Assembly: GCA_051362555.1 (NCBI GenBank)
Contig: CM120643.1
Coordinates: 6,572,001 to 6,636,000 of the forward strand
Length of the DNA: 64,000 nt
From: Lingula anatina
Taxonomy: Eukaryota; Animalia; Brachiopoda
Reading direction: 5' to 3'
Part shown: piece after piece, positions 52,734 through 64,000 of the stretch
Layout: the number at the start of each line of letters is the position of its first letter
Position numbering within the stretch: the stretch's first letter is position 1
Position numbers and translations under genes: made by a program
Notes under the pieces: model-generated
What the model was told of the DNA's origin: nothing
The model's database searches: none
Seen by the model: the letters and a program-made list of their open reading frames with translations, nothing else

Positions 52734-52914
52734 CAGGCCCGTAGCCAGCAATTTTAGAGGGGGGGTTCGTTTTCTGAAGAAGTGGACCTTTTACCATAAA
52801 ATCCTCAAATTGATCAAATAGATCAATAGATCAAATTGTACCTGGAGTGGACCTTTTCCCAGCAAAAAGGGTGGTTCTTTCGAACCCCCCGAACCCCCCC
52901 TGGCTACGGGCCTG
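52734..52914. mobile_element. MITE with 5-bp TSD TTTGT inserted in one array unit
   Basis: caggcccgtagccag...ctggctacgggcctg; empty site aattttgtcaaatct is seen in sister units. Confidence 0.9.
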
Positions 52915-55900
52915 TTTGTCAAATCTAGTCCAATATTTCTGAAATTTGTACAAATGATGCTTAACAACAATAAAAATCTGTGATTAGATGATCTGTTGAC
53001 TGTATCTAATGAAAAGTGTTTTTTGGGACAACATATTTGGGACAACTGTAATTTACATTGAAAAGACTGGCAAATCGAAGGACTTCAAATAGTTAAACGT
53101 TAATAATTTTGTCAAATCTAGTCCAGTGTTTCTGAAATTTGTACAAATGATGCTTAACAACAATAAAAACCTGTGATAGGCTGATCAAATGACTGTGTCT
53201 AATGAAAAGTATCTTCTTTCGACAATATCCTTGAAAAAACTGAAAATTACACTGAAAAATCTGGCAAATTCCATGGCTTAAAATAGTTAAATGTTAATAA
53301 TTTTGCAATGTGATTATAAAATAAAATAGCAAATGTGATGATTTGAGGTTGTTTGTGTAGGAGGTTGCAAATTACCTATAACTGTTATCTGAAAAACAAT
53401 ATATACCCATACAAGACTTCTCCTTACTATCAATGCCAGATGCAGCTTACTCCTTACAATGGGTTTCTGGAATGGGTTGTTGCTATCACAGTATTTGACA
53501 ATGTCCTAAATCTTGCCTCATATCATGTATTGTACACAAGGATTAGACATAGTGCTGCTCTTGGTGCTGTCTTTCACTGCCTGCATCTTCATAGTAAGGG
53601 TAACTCTGGAAAAAGAAGAATATAACTGAAAAAACTGAAAATAACATAGAAAACGCTGGCAAATTCCATGACATTAAATAGTTAAACGTTAATAATTTTG
53701 TCAAATCTTGTCCAATATTTCTGAAATTTGTACAAATGATGCTTAACAACAATAAAAATCTGTGATTAGATGATCTGTTGACTGCATCTAATGAAAAGTG
53801 TTTTTTGGGACAACATATTTGGGACAACTGAAATTTACATTGAAAAGACTGGCAAATCAAAGGACTTCAAATAGTTAAATGTTAATAATTTTGTCAAATC
53901 TTGTCCAATATTTCTGAAATTTGTACAAATGATGCATAACAACAATAAAAATCAGTGATTAGATGATCTGTTGACTGCATCTAATGAAAAGTGTTTTTTG
54001 GGACAACATATTTGGGAAAAATGAAATTTACATTGAAAAGACTGGCAAATCCAAGGACTTCAAATAGTTAAACGTTAATAATTTTGTCAAATCTAGTCCA
54101 GTGTTTCTGAAATTTGTACAAATTTGGCAAATCCAAGGACTTCAAATAGTTAAACGTTAATAATTTTGTCAAATCTAGTCCAGTGTTTCTGAAATTTGTA
54201 CAAATGATGCTTAACAACAATAAAAACCTGTGATAAGCTGATCAAATGACTGTGTCTACTGAAAAGTATCTTCTTTTGACAATATCCTTGAAAAAAATGA
54301 AAATTACACTGAAAAATCTGGCAAATTCCATGGCTTAAAATAGTTAAATGTTAATAATTTTGCAATGTGATTATAAAATAAAATAGCAAATGTGATGATT
54401 TGAGGTTGTTTGTGTAGGAGGTTGCAAATTACCTATAACTGTTATCTGGAAAACAATATATACCCAAACAAGACTTCTCCTTAATATCAATGCCAGATGC
54501 AGATTACTCCTTACAATCGGTTTCTGGAATGGGTTGTTGTTATCACAACATTTGACAATGTCCTAAATCTTGCCACATATCATGTATTGTACACATGGAT
54601 AAGTCATAGTGCTTCTCTTGGTGCTGTCTTTCACTGCCTGCATCTTCATGGTAAGGATAACTCTGGAAAAAGAAGAATATACCTGAAAAAACTGAAAATA
54701 ACATAGAAAAAGCTGGCAAATTCCATGACATAAAATAGTTAAACGTTAATAATTTTGTCAAATCTTGTCCAATATTTCTGAAATTTGTACAAATGATGCT
54801 TAACAACAATAAAAATCTGTGATAAGCTGATCAGTTGACTGTGTCAAATGAAAAGTGTCTTTTTGTGACAATATATTTGGGAAAACTGAAATTTACATTG
54901 AAAAGACTGGCAAATCCAAGGACTTCAAATAGTTAAACGTTAATAATTTTGTCAAATCTTGTCCAATATTTCTGAAATTTGTACAAATTATGCTTAACAA
55001 CAATAAAAATCTGTGATTAGATGATCTGTTGACTGTATCTAATGAAAAGTGTTTTTTGGGACAACGTATTTGGGAAAACTGAAATTTACATTGAAAAGAC
55101 TGGTAAATCCCAGGACTTAAAATGGTTACATGTTAATAATTTTGTCAAATCTCGTCCAGTGTTTCTGAAATTTGTACAAATGATGCTTAACAACAATAAA
55201 AATCTGTGATAAGCTGATCAAATGACTGTGTCTGATGAAAAGTATCTTCTTCCGACAATATCTTTGAAAAAACTGAAAATTACGCTGAAATCACTGGCAA
55301 ATTTCATGGCTTTAAATAGTTAAATGTTAATAATTTTGCAATGTGATTATAAAGTAAAATAGCAAATGTGATGACTTGAGGTTGTTTGTGTAAGAGGTTG
55401 CAAATGACCTATAACTGTTATCTGGAAAACAATATATACCCATACAACACTTCTCCTTACTATCAATGCCAGATGCAGATTACTCCTTACAATGGGTTTC
55501 TGCTATGGGTTGTTGCTATCACAATATTTGACAATGTCCTAAATCTTGCCACATATCATGTATTGTACACATGGATAAGACATAGTGCTGCTCCTGGTGC
55601 TGTCTTTCACTGTCTGCCTTTTCATAGTAAGGGTACTCTGGAAAAAGAACAATATAACTGAAAAAACTGAAAATTACACTGAAAAAACTGAACTGGCAAA
55701 TTCCATGGCTTATAATAGTTAAATGTTAATAATTTTGTCAAATCTAGTCCAATATTTCTGAAATTTGTACAAATGATGCTTAACAACAATAAAAATCTGT
55801 GATAAGCTGATCTAATGACTGTGTCTTATGAAAAGTATTTTTTCAGATTATATATTTGAGAAAACTGGAAATTACACTGAAAACACTGGCAAATCCCATG

Positions 55901-55927
55901 ACTCAAAACAGTTAAACAAATATTGTC

Positions 55928-56005
55928 CAGGCCTGTAGCCAGAGGGAGTTCGGGGGGTTCGAAAGAACCACCCCTTTTGCTGGGAAAAGGTCCACTCTGG
56001 GTAAA
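55928..56005. mobile_element. truncated copy of the same MITE family, opposite orientation
   Basis: caggcctgtagccag...ggttcgaaagaaccacccccttttgctgggaaaaggtccact. Confidence 0.7.
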
Positions 56006-56578
56006 ATTTTGAAGTGTCAAATTTATGGGAAATTGATAATCAGAAGAATGAGAATTGACCAAAACAAATATTGCAATGTATTATTTACTCTCTTTACTTT
56101 GAAAGAAAATAGCAAATGTAATGATTTGAGTTTGTTTGTGTAGGAGGTTGCAAATTACCTATAACTGTCATCTGGAAAACAATATATACCCATACAAGAC
56201 TTCTTCTTGCTATCAATGGCAAATGTGATCCATGACAGCTAACCTGCTGAGAGTGAATGGCACCCTATGTGGACAAGTTGGGAATGCTGGAATTGATAAC
56301 AGGTGACTACATACAACTTTTTCAATAGCAGTATATGAATCAGCTTTGAAACAGTTTTAGAAATGGACCGATATCTGTACTTTAAAGCTGGAACATAATT
56401 TTATATCATGTTTTCAAACAAAGAAGTTGGCATTTTCTGGTCAAATGCACCCATTACTCGTCTCTAAATTCCCAGAGTTTACTAAATTGACAAGCAATCT
56501 TTATAGCTTCAGTAAGGTCGAAACCCACTACCTGACAACCCATTTCTTTGATATCCATCTTCATTCTAAGCAATACTT

Positions 56579-56677
56579 ACTACACCCTTCCTCATCACTG
56601 TTAGCTCTACAGTCATTGTTGTGGTCACAGCTCCAAGATAAGTTGATACAGAAACAATATTACCACATACAAACATC
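56579..56677 (-). pseudogene. LDL-receptor class A (LDLa) domain pseudo-exon
   Basis: FVCGN, frameshift, [23 protein letters not shown] then gtaagt; matches the CI...W.CD...DC...SDE..C consensus. Confidence 0.75.
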
Positions 56678-57009
56678 TGTGGAGGACATGTGTGATCAAC
56701 AGGAAGACAATAAAAAATACATCTTTAAAACAATCAACTTTATTTTCAAGTGTATTAAAACTGTTCCTTCACTTTCTTTGACAAAGCATTAAAATACCTG
56801 GGTAATTTAAATTAAAATTCTTACATCACTAGAAGCACAAATCCACCTAAATATCAGGCATTACATTGAACAAGATGAAAAACTTGCTGAAAGGCTGTGA
56901 TCAAGCAGCATTACAGATTCAAAAATTCACTGAATATGAAAAGATTTAGAAGACAATGTGACCTACTTATGAAGATTTAATAAATGAAACTCATGTTGTT
57001 GCCTCTTAG

Positions 57010-58815
57010 TACACTATTGTAGCCTGGAGTCATTGTGTTCCATTGTGGCAGTATAGTTCTGTACCTCCTAGTACAGTGTAGTAGTCTGGAGTCATTGTGT
57101 TCCATTGTGGCAGTATAGTCCTGTGCCTCCTAGTACAGTGTATTAGCCTGGAGTCATTGTGTTCCGTTGTGACAGTATAGTCCTGTGTCCCCTAGTACAG
57201 TGTAGTACTCTGGAGTCATTGTATTCCATTGTGGCAGTATAGTCCTGGGTCTCCTAGTACAGTGTAGTACTCTGGAGTCATTGTGTTCCATTGTGGCAGT
57301 ATAGTCCTGTGCCTCCTAGTACAGTGTAGTACTCTGGAGTCATTGTGTTCCATTGTGGCAGTATAGTCCTGTGCCTCCTAGTACAGTGTAGTACTCTGGA
57401 GTCATTGTGTTCCATTGTGGCAGTATAGTCCTGGGTCTCCTAGTACAGTGTAGTAGTCTGGAGTCATTGTGTTCCATTGTGGCAGTATAGTTCTGTGTCT
57501 CATAGTACAGTGTAGTAGTCTGGAGTCATTGTGTTCCATTGTGACAGTATAGTCCTGTGTCCCCTAGTACAGTGTAGTAGTCTGGAGTCATTGTGTTCCA
57601 TTGTGGCAGTATAGTCCTGTGCCTCCTAGTACAGTGTAGTAGTCTGGAGTCATTGTGTTCCATTGTGGCAGTATAGTCCTGTGCCTCCTAGTACAGTGTA
57701 GTAGTCTGGAGTCATTGTGTTCCATTGTGGCAGTATAGTCCTGTGCCTCCTAGTACAGTGTAGTAGTCTGGAGTCATTGTGTTCCAATGTGGCAGTATAG
57801 TCCTGTGCCTCCTAGTACAGTGTAGTACTCTGGAGTCATTGTGTTCCATTGTGGCAGTATAGTCCTGTGCCTCCTAGTACAGTGTAGTACTCTGGAGTCA
57901 TTGTGTTCCATTGTGGCAGTATAGTCCTGTGCCTCCTAGTACAGTGTAGTACTCTGGAGTCATTGTGTTCCATTGTGGCAGTATAGTCCTGGGTCTCCTA
58001 GTACAGTGTAGTAGTCTGGAGTCATTGTGTTCCATTGTGGCAGTATAGTTCTGTGTCTCATAGTACAGTGTAGTAGTCTGGAGTCATTGTGTTCCATTGT
58101 GGCAGTATAGTCCTGTGTCTCCTAGTACAGTGTAGTAGTCTGGAGTCATTGTGTTCCATTGTGACAGTATAGTCCTGTGTCCCCTAGTACAGTTTAGTAG
58201 TCTGGAGTCATTGTGTTCCATTGTGGCAGTATAGTCCTGTGCCTCCTAGTACAGTGTAGTAGTCTGGAGTCATTGTGTTCCATTGTGGCAGTATAGTCCT
58301 GTGCCTCCTAGTACAGTGTAGTAGTCTGGAGTCATTGTGTTCCATTGTGGCAGTATAGTCCTGTGCCTCCTAGTACAGTGTAGTAGTCTGGAGTCATTGT
58401 GTTCCATTGTGGCAGTATAGTCCTGTGCCTCCTAGTACAGTGTAGTAGTCTGTAGTCATTGTGTTCCATTGTGGCAGTATAGTCCTGTGCCTCCTAGTAC
58501 AGTGTAGTAGTCTGTAGTCATTGTGTTCCATTGTGGCAGTATAGACCTGTGCCTCCTAGTACAGTGTAGTAGTCTGGAGTCATTGTGTTCCATTGTGGCA
58601 GTATAGTCCTGTGCCTCCTAGTACAGTGTAGTAGTCTGGAGTCATTGTGTTCCATTGTGGCAGTATAGTCCTGTGCCTCCTAGTACAGTGTAGTAGTCTG
58701 GAGTCATTGTGTTCCATTGTGGCAGTATAGTCCTGTGCCTCCTAGTACAGTGTAGTAGTCTGGAGTCATTGTGTTCCATTGTGGCAGTATAGACCTGTGC
58801 CTCCTAGTACAGCGT
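57010..58815. repeat. 62-bp minisatellite, about 29 copies
   Basis: unit agtctggagtcattgtgttccattgtggcagtatagtcctgtgcctcctagtacagtgtagt; starts at 58261 and 58323; no unique spacers. Confidence 0.97.
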
Positions 58816-59184
58816 AGTGTGGAGTCAGATAATGGTCTGGAAAAGACAAAAAAGTCAGTGATCCAGAATATTAGAGTAATAAAATTTCAGCAGGTTTATT
58901 ACATCAAATTAACCCCAAAGAAATATTTAAAAAAAACTTACAAACTAAAGTGTTGTTGTGAGTCAAGGCTGAAGCATACACTGTACCAGTACTGATAATA
59001 AAGAGGTGGGTTTATAGTGCTTTCTGAAACTCAGGATGGTATTGCTAGTACACGTAAGTATGTGTTATTCATAATTCAGTGCATATATTAGTATTTCGAC
59101 AGATGACTCTAGAGGAACAAGAAGGCCTATTCTTATAAATTATAATAGAAGAAACAATGTCAGTTCTCCTGTTAATTATCTCAC

Positions 59185-59546
59185 CTTCATTAGCCATTGG
59201 GTAATTGCAGATGAAAAGGGAATGACAGAACTTGAAGTAGATGACAGCGTGCAATCTTGCCATTTCTCCATAGCACTTTTAATCTGCAGCAGCAACGTTC
59301 TGTAGCACATTGTAAAATCTTCTCCAGCACATTGCATCGTGATGTGAACAGTGAACAACTGACACAGTCGATACCACAAGTGTCCTTCACTTCAAATGTC
59401 TCATCCTGAGCTCGCCGATAAAGTTTGTCAACAGAATCTATAACAAAACCATCTAAGAACAGTGTCTTGATGGAAGGTGACACTTAGTGTTCAGAACGTT
59501 TGATGAAAATTCCGGCTTTTCAGCGTCACCCTTTGCCTACGCCATA
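59185..59546 (-). pseudogene. decayed first exon of a minus-strand transcript of unknown origin
   Basis: ATGGCG followed by a stop, protein-like pieces in shifting frames, donor AAG|gtgag at ~59184, next acceptor cttttccag at ~58838. Confidence 0.4.
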
Positions 59547-59559
59547 TAAAAAAAATGTT

Positions 59560-59915
59560 GAGTATAGATGGCGCTGTGCAAGAGGTGAGACTTTGGATTT
59601 GTAATGGACTGCGGTCAGTATCAGCAAAAGGTTCACCTTCCGCTTTCTAAGAAGCTCGTGCGAGGAGGGAGAGAGTTCTGGAACCCCAGTAGATATGACC
59701 AGGGTCCAGGCACTGTGATATAGATTACGATATATTGTGATTTCTATTTAGTAGAAAGACTCAAAGGTCGAGAGCTTCAACGAAGCGTCAATCTGATTGG
59801 TTTAAAGTTAAGGAAACAATAGAGGAACCGTCCAATGAAATTCTTTTATACAATAATTATTCCTTTTTATTGTTTTAGTAAACAAAGCAAAGAGACAATG
59901 TCTACACAGCCGCTG
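59560..59915. promoter_or_regulatory. candidate bidirectional promoter and + strand first (non-coding) exon
   Basis: locally CpG-richer; agatggcg (YY1-like), ctgattgg and ccaat boxes; + strand donor ctg|gtaagt at ~59916; divergent exon at 59185-59546. Confidence 0.45.
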
Positions 59916-60201
59916 GTAAGTTTTATTAAATTTTTTTATTCAAAATTGAAATTCTGTAGCAAGTTCAAAGTAAGCCCACACAGCGCTTTTTTTTCACGTC
60001 GTTCATGATTTTTTATGTGATTAATTAATATTCTAAATGAAATTCTTAAAAATTTCTTGTCACATGACGATTTGCTGATCATTCTGGTAATGGTACAAAT
60101 GTAGTTTACATCACAAACTACCAAATAAAGATACAAAATTCTATGTATCCCGTTAACATGATTTCTTTAATTTATTGTACATATTGCAGATAATAGCTGA
60201 T

Positions 60202-62268
60202 ATGGAAAATGAAATAAATAAAGAAGAACAGTGTGCTCGTAAGTTGTGTGTATGTTTGTATAATCAGACTGTATGTGTTTTATAATACAACGGGCCTAAA
60301 ACTACTCTTGCAATTTTTTGTTGTTACATATTATAAAAAAAGATTTAATTTGTTCATAATAAGAAAGTAAGATATCCTATTCTTTATTTACATTAATTAA
60401 GTGGTCAGTTTGAATGTCTGTAATGTAAATATCAAAAACGATATATTGATAGTATTTCTTTCTATTTTACTTTTTACTTTGAACAGCCAAGGCCACTGTA
60501 AGAGTTTTCTTAACCAACAACTATTTAAAGGCCAAAGTGGTGGGCAGGGGAACTGCCCTCGGGGATGGGACCCCCCAGAAAGGTGTGAACCTGTCAAGGT
60601 TCACTGATATAGGGGTCCCATCCCTCAGGGCAGAGTTTCTCCTGCCCAAGGGCTCAAATATAGAATGGAAATTCATTAAGCCACAAAATGTAAGTATGAG
60701 ACTTTTTTTTTTTAAATAATGATCTTCTTTAAATTTATTCAGCCTTACCACCCTGGGTCTGGCTGGACATGGGAGCCTGAACCCTTTAGGAACAGGTGCC
60801 TCCAGGTGACCACTAAGGACAGCATCGAAGTAACCTGCACTTGGGGAGAACTGGACATGGAAATAAAAGGTGCTTGAACTCATAATTCTCGTAACCTTTT
60901 AAATCTGTCATGTACAACATATGGAAATAAAAGATTACTTGATCTCACTATCCTATAAAAAAAACTGTAGAAAAATGATGAAATGGTCCTTTAATATTGT
61001 CAAATACATTTAAGGCTTTATTTTAGTGTATATCATAACTTGTAAATAATAAATAAATGTGCCATCTTATACCAGAGTGGGACTACATGTACAAGCCTGA
61101 AGTCCACACAAGTGGTAAGTCCACACCATTGCTCTATTCAATCAACTTGATGCATCTTTTATCTTTTAGGAAGGATTCATGAAATAAAATTACAACAACA
61201 TCCTGACTCTCAGGGTGCAAGTCTGGACCCTCAGGGGCTGTTGGCAATGAATTTGGAGACCTAGCTAATGTGCACTAACTCCATGGAAACTCTCACTGAA
61301 TACAATCAGATTAACAGACTAACATGCTTCTTTTTGTCTCCAACATACTCCAACATACTCACATATTTGGTATTCCTTAAAATTCAATTCTGTTCTTTCA
61401 GGTGATACCAAAGAAGAGAATAATGTAGCAATTGTTAGGAACCTAAGCATTAAGGAACTAGGTAAGGCTGGAATCACAGTAAAATAATAACATTATGAAT
61501 TTTAATATACTTGCACACACACATACACTAACAAACACACATACACATGCACTTACACATGGCAAGCATGTTGCTCAAGCAAAGTCTGGTCTTTAGCATA
61601 CTTAAAAAGGTAATTCATTTATTTTTTTAAGTGAATTAAATCTTTTATTGTGACATCAAATTGTAATAGGCCTACTGAATCCTTTTTGAGCATACACAGA
61701 TATGGAATGTCAAGTTCTTTTTTGATATCAATTTTTCTTTAGCTGATATCAAAGACACAAAGAGTGATGCTGAGGGCAGCAAGGAGAGAGGTAAGACAGT
61801 AAGATCAATTTAACAGGTGTTCATTTAACACGCTTAAATATGTAAAAACACACAAACAGGCTCTCAGGCACAAACAGGGCCAGATTGAGGCCATCTTGGT
61901 CTCCGAAAATGTCCAGAATTCTTTACATTGATCAGGATCTAATTTTTTTTGTCAGAAGACGGTCCATAATGGAGGATGGATCAACAAACATAATTTTCAA
62001 GACTTTCAGAATATATCTCTGGATCCACCCCTGACAAACACTGTTTAATTTTAAATCTTTGAATGTGTCTTTGACTATGTAAAATAATGTATTGAATCCT
62101 TGTTGTGCACAGGCATGGGATGTGTAATTTGTGTTCATTCTTTCCTTCAGCTGATGTCAAAAACACAACTATGACAGTGGATGTGAAGGAAAGAGGTAAG
62201 ACAGCAGGGTCAATAGAAAAGGGATCTATTTGTTACACTGATGACATGTGACTGTGCATGTACATGCA

Positions 62269-62301
<33 letters not shown>

Positions 62302-63350
62302 CAAGGTACTGTACTTGCATGCATGTTGCACAAGCAAAGTCTGGCCTTTGACAGACTTAAGAAGATACTATATCTTCTGAAAAATTAAGGCTTTTGCTGT
62401 GTAACGATTGAACACACATAATTTTGTCTTGAAAATTCGATTCAATTCTGCCCTTTCAGTTGATATCAAAGTGAAAGACAAGAACAATGTAACACTTGTG
62501 AAGACGCTAAGTATGGATGAGATAGGTAAGAGAGGAATCTCGGTAAAATTTAAATTTAATATACTATTGAAACATCCGTGCACACACACATACACTAACA
62601 AACACACATACACACACACTGCATGCATGTTGCTCAAGCAAAGTCTTAAGTATACTTAAAAAAATTATTTATTTTAAAGTCAATTAAACATTTGGATGTG
62701 TCTTCAACAAACTGTATTAAACTATTGAATCCTATTTGGACAAGCGCAGACATGGAATATGAAGTTTTTATTTGATATCATTTTTTCTTTAGACAATATC
62801 AAAGACACAAAGATTGAGTCAGATGCTGAGGACATCAAAGAAAAAGGTAAGACAATGAGCTTAGGACAATTTAACAGGGATTCATTTAAGACAGTTAAAA
62901 ATTGTAAACACACAGATGGACTTTAGGGGGGAGACTCACACACAAACACTGAAATTTAATTAATTAATTAAGGGATCTAAAACTTTGAATGTGTCTTTGA
63001 CTATATTTAATAACATATTGAATCCTTGTTGTGCAGGTTTTATTTGTTTTCCCCCATCTTTCTTCAGTCAATATCAAAGACACAAAATCTGTGATGGCAG
63101 ACGTGAAGGAGAGAGGTAATACAGTAGGGCCAATAGAATAGGGATCTATTTATTATGTGATTGTGTATGTACACACATGTGCGTACACACACACACACAC
63201 ACACTCCTTATGTTGTGCCAACACAGTTTGTGCTTTTGGAAAGTTTAAAATGATACTTGGCAAATTTGTTCATTCCAAATACTGGTAAAAGTGTTACAAT
63301 GCAGCTCCATACATGAAATATGATGTGGCACTGACTACTTATTGAATTGT

Positions 63351-63385
<35 letters not shown>

Positions 63386-63680
63386 TTATTGAGCATTAAA
63401 ATGTGTACAGTTACATTTTACAAGCTCTCTAAACTACAGTTTTACATAAATTGTGCACATAAGCTTAAATAAGTATAACTACTTTAGATCATTCAAATAC
63501 TTAAATACATATTAGCTAACTACTTCATACATATAGCTCACAATAGTAAACATATATTATTGAATCGTAGTAAGTAATATTGTTTTATATATTTCAGCTC
63601 CAAAGAATTGCCACCAATCTAGGTGGAGGAGGGTATTAAATCTGTTCATGTCTTGCTTCAGGCGCAGGCCAAGAACATAA
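60202..63680 (+). CDS. multi-micro-exon gene, ~146-aa Lys/Asp/Glu-rich repeat protein with basic Cys-containing C-terminus
   Basis: join(60202-60238,61402-61461,61743-61790,62151-62195,62460-62525,62793-62846,63068-63115,63598-63680); all introns GT-AG and phase 1; open throughout: MENEINKEEQCARDTKEENN...ADIKDTKSDAEGSKER...APKNCHQSRWRRVLNLFMSCFRRRPRT*. Confidence 0.75.
61875..62033 (-). mobile_element. intronic MITE with 5-bp TSD ACAAA; family of 8531-8699
   Basis: caggg...ggatccacccctg; acaaa at 61870-61874 and 62034-62038; absent from the paralogous intron near 62940. Confidence 0.8.
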
Positions 63681-64000
63681 ATGGTTAGTATTATCATTAT
63701 CATTATTATTATAATTATTATTATTATTATTATTAAATAAATCAAATAACTTCAGACATTTAGAAATGAGGAAATTGCAGTAGTATTTTTGAAAAGGACA
63801 GATTTATTATGTTTTTTAAATAAGTTTTGATTGTCTCTTTGTCTTAATTGTATCATAATTAAGTAAGCTTTCAGTTTTTTATAAGAAAACTTTGTCAAAC
63901 AGCTGGTAAAACTGTACATGAAAGCAGTAATTATATGATAGCAGCCAAGAGCTGGTGGATGTAAAGTTACTGTCAACATCTTTTTACAGCTAATAGATTT

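Larger units (their letters stand above)
51790..56220. repeat. complex tandem array: ~780-1060-bp units built from ~150-bp subrepeats
   Basis: gtgctgctcttggtgctgtctttcactg anchors near 51803, 52585, 53552, 54609 and 55585. Confidence 0.9.

Noticed and set aside
52348-55661. repeated 69-117-aa ORFs as a tandem gene family
   Set aside because: Frames and stops differ between units and ORFs appear on both strands, consistent with decayed tandem duplication.
57010-58815. 62-bp array as CRISPR or coding repeat
   Set aside because: No variable spacers; the period is not a multiple of 3 and stops occur.
60525-60994. Kolobok-like element (TTAA-AGG...CCT-TTAA)
   Set aside because: Terminal similarity is only a few bases, too weak to call without other copies.

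Overview
This is AT-rich eukaryotic DNA, not prokaryotic: it has spliceosomal introns, MITEs and microsatellites, and the transposon families suggest an invertebrate, probably a mollusc or other lophotrochozoan. It has four parts. (1) 1-10 kb is non-coding, with tRNA-like fragments and hairpin MITEs. (2) About 10-35 kb is a dense patchwork of roughly 20 short, decayed gene fragments from unrelated transposon superfamilies (PIF/Harbinger nuclease and Myb partner, Penelope, CACTA, YqaJ, Tc1-like, Ginger, Academ-like, Gypsy gag, Ulp1, BEN, C2H2). Every fragment I could recognise is on the + strand, while minus-strand splice sites at 37-40 kb point into the block. This is the layout expected of a uni-strand piRNA-cluster-like locus and is the top candidate. 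(3) 38-59 kb holds Gypsy, Penelope and L1/Tx1 remnants, a long inverted repeat, MITEs, tandem arrays and a decayed minus-strand gene with an LDLa exon. (4) 60-63.7 kb holds an apparently intact micro-exon gene missed by the ORF track: 8 coding exons, six of them symmetric phase-1 repeats, giving about 146 aa with a basic/Cys C-terminal tail. All family assignments come from reading motifs by eye; no database search was run.
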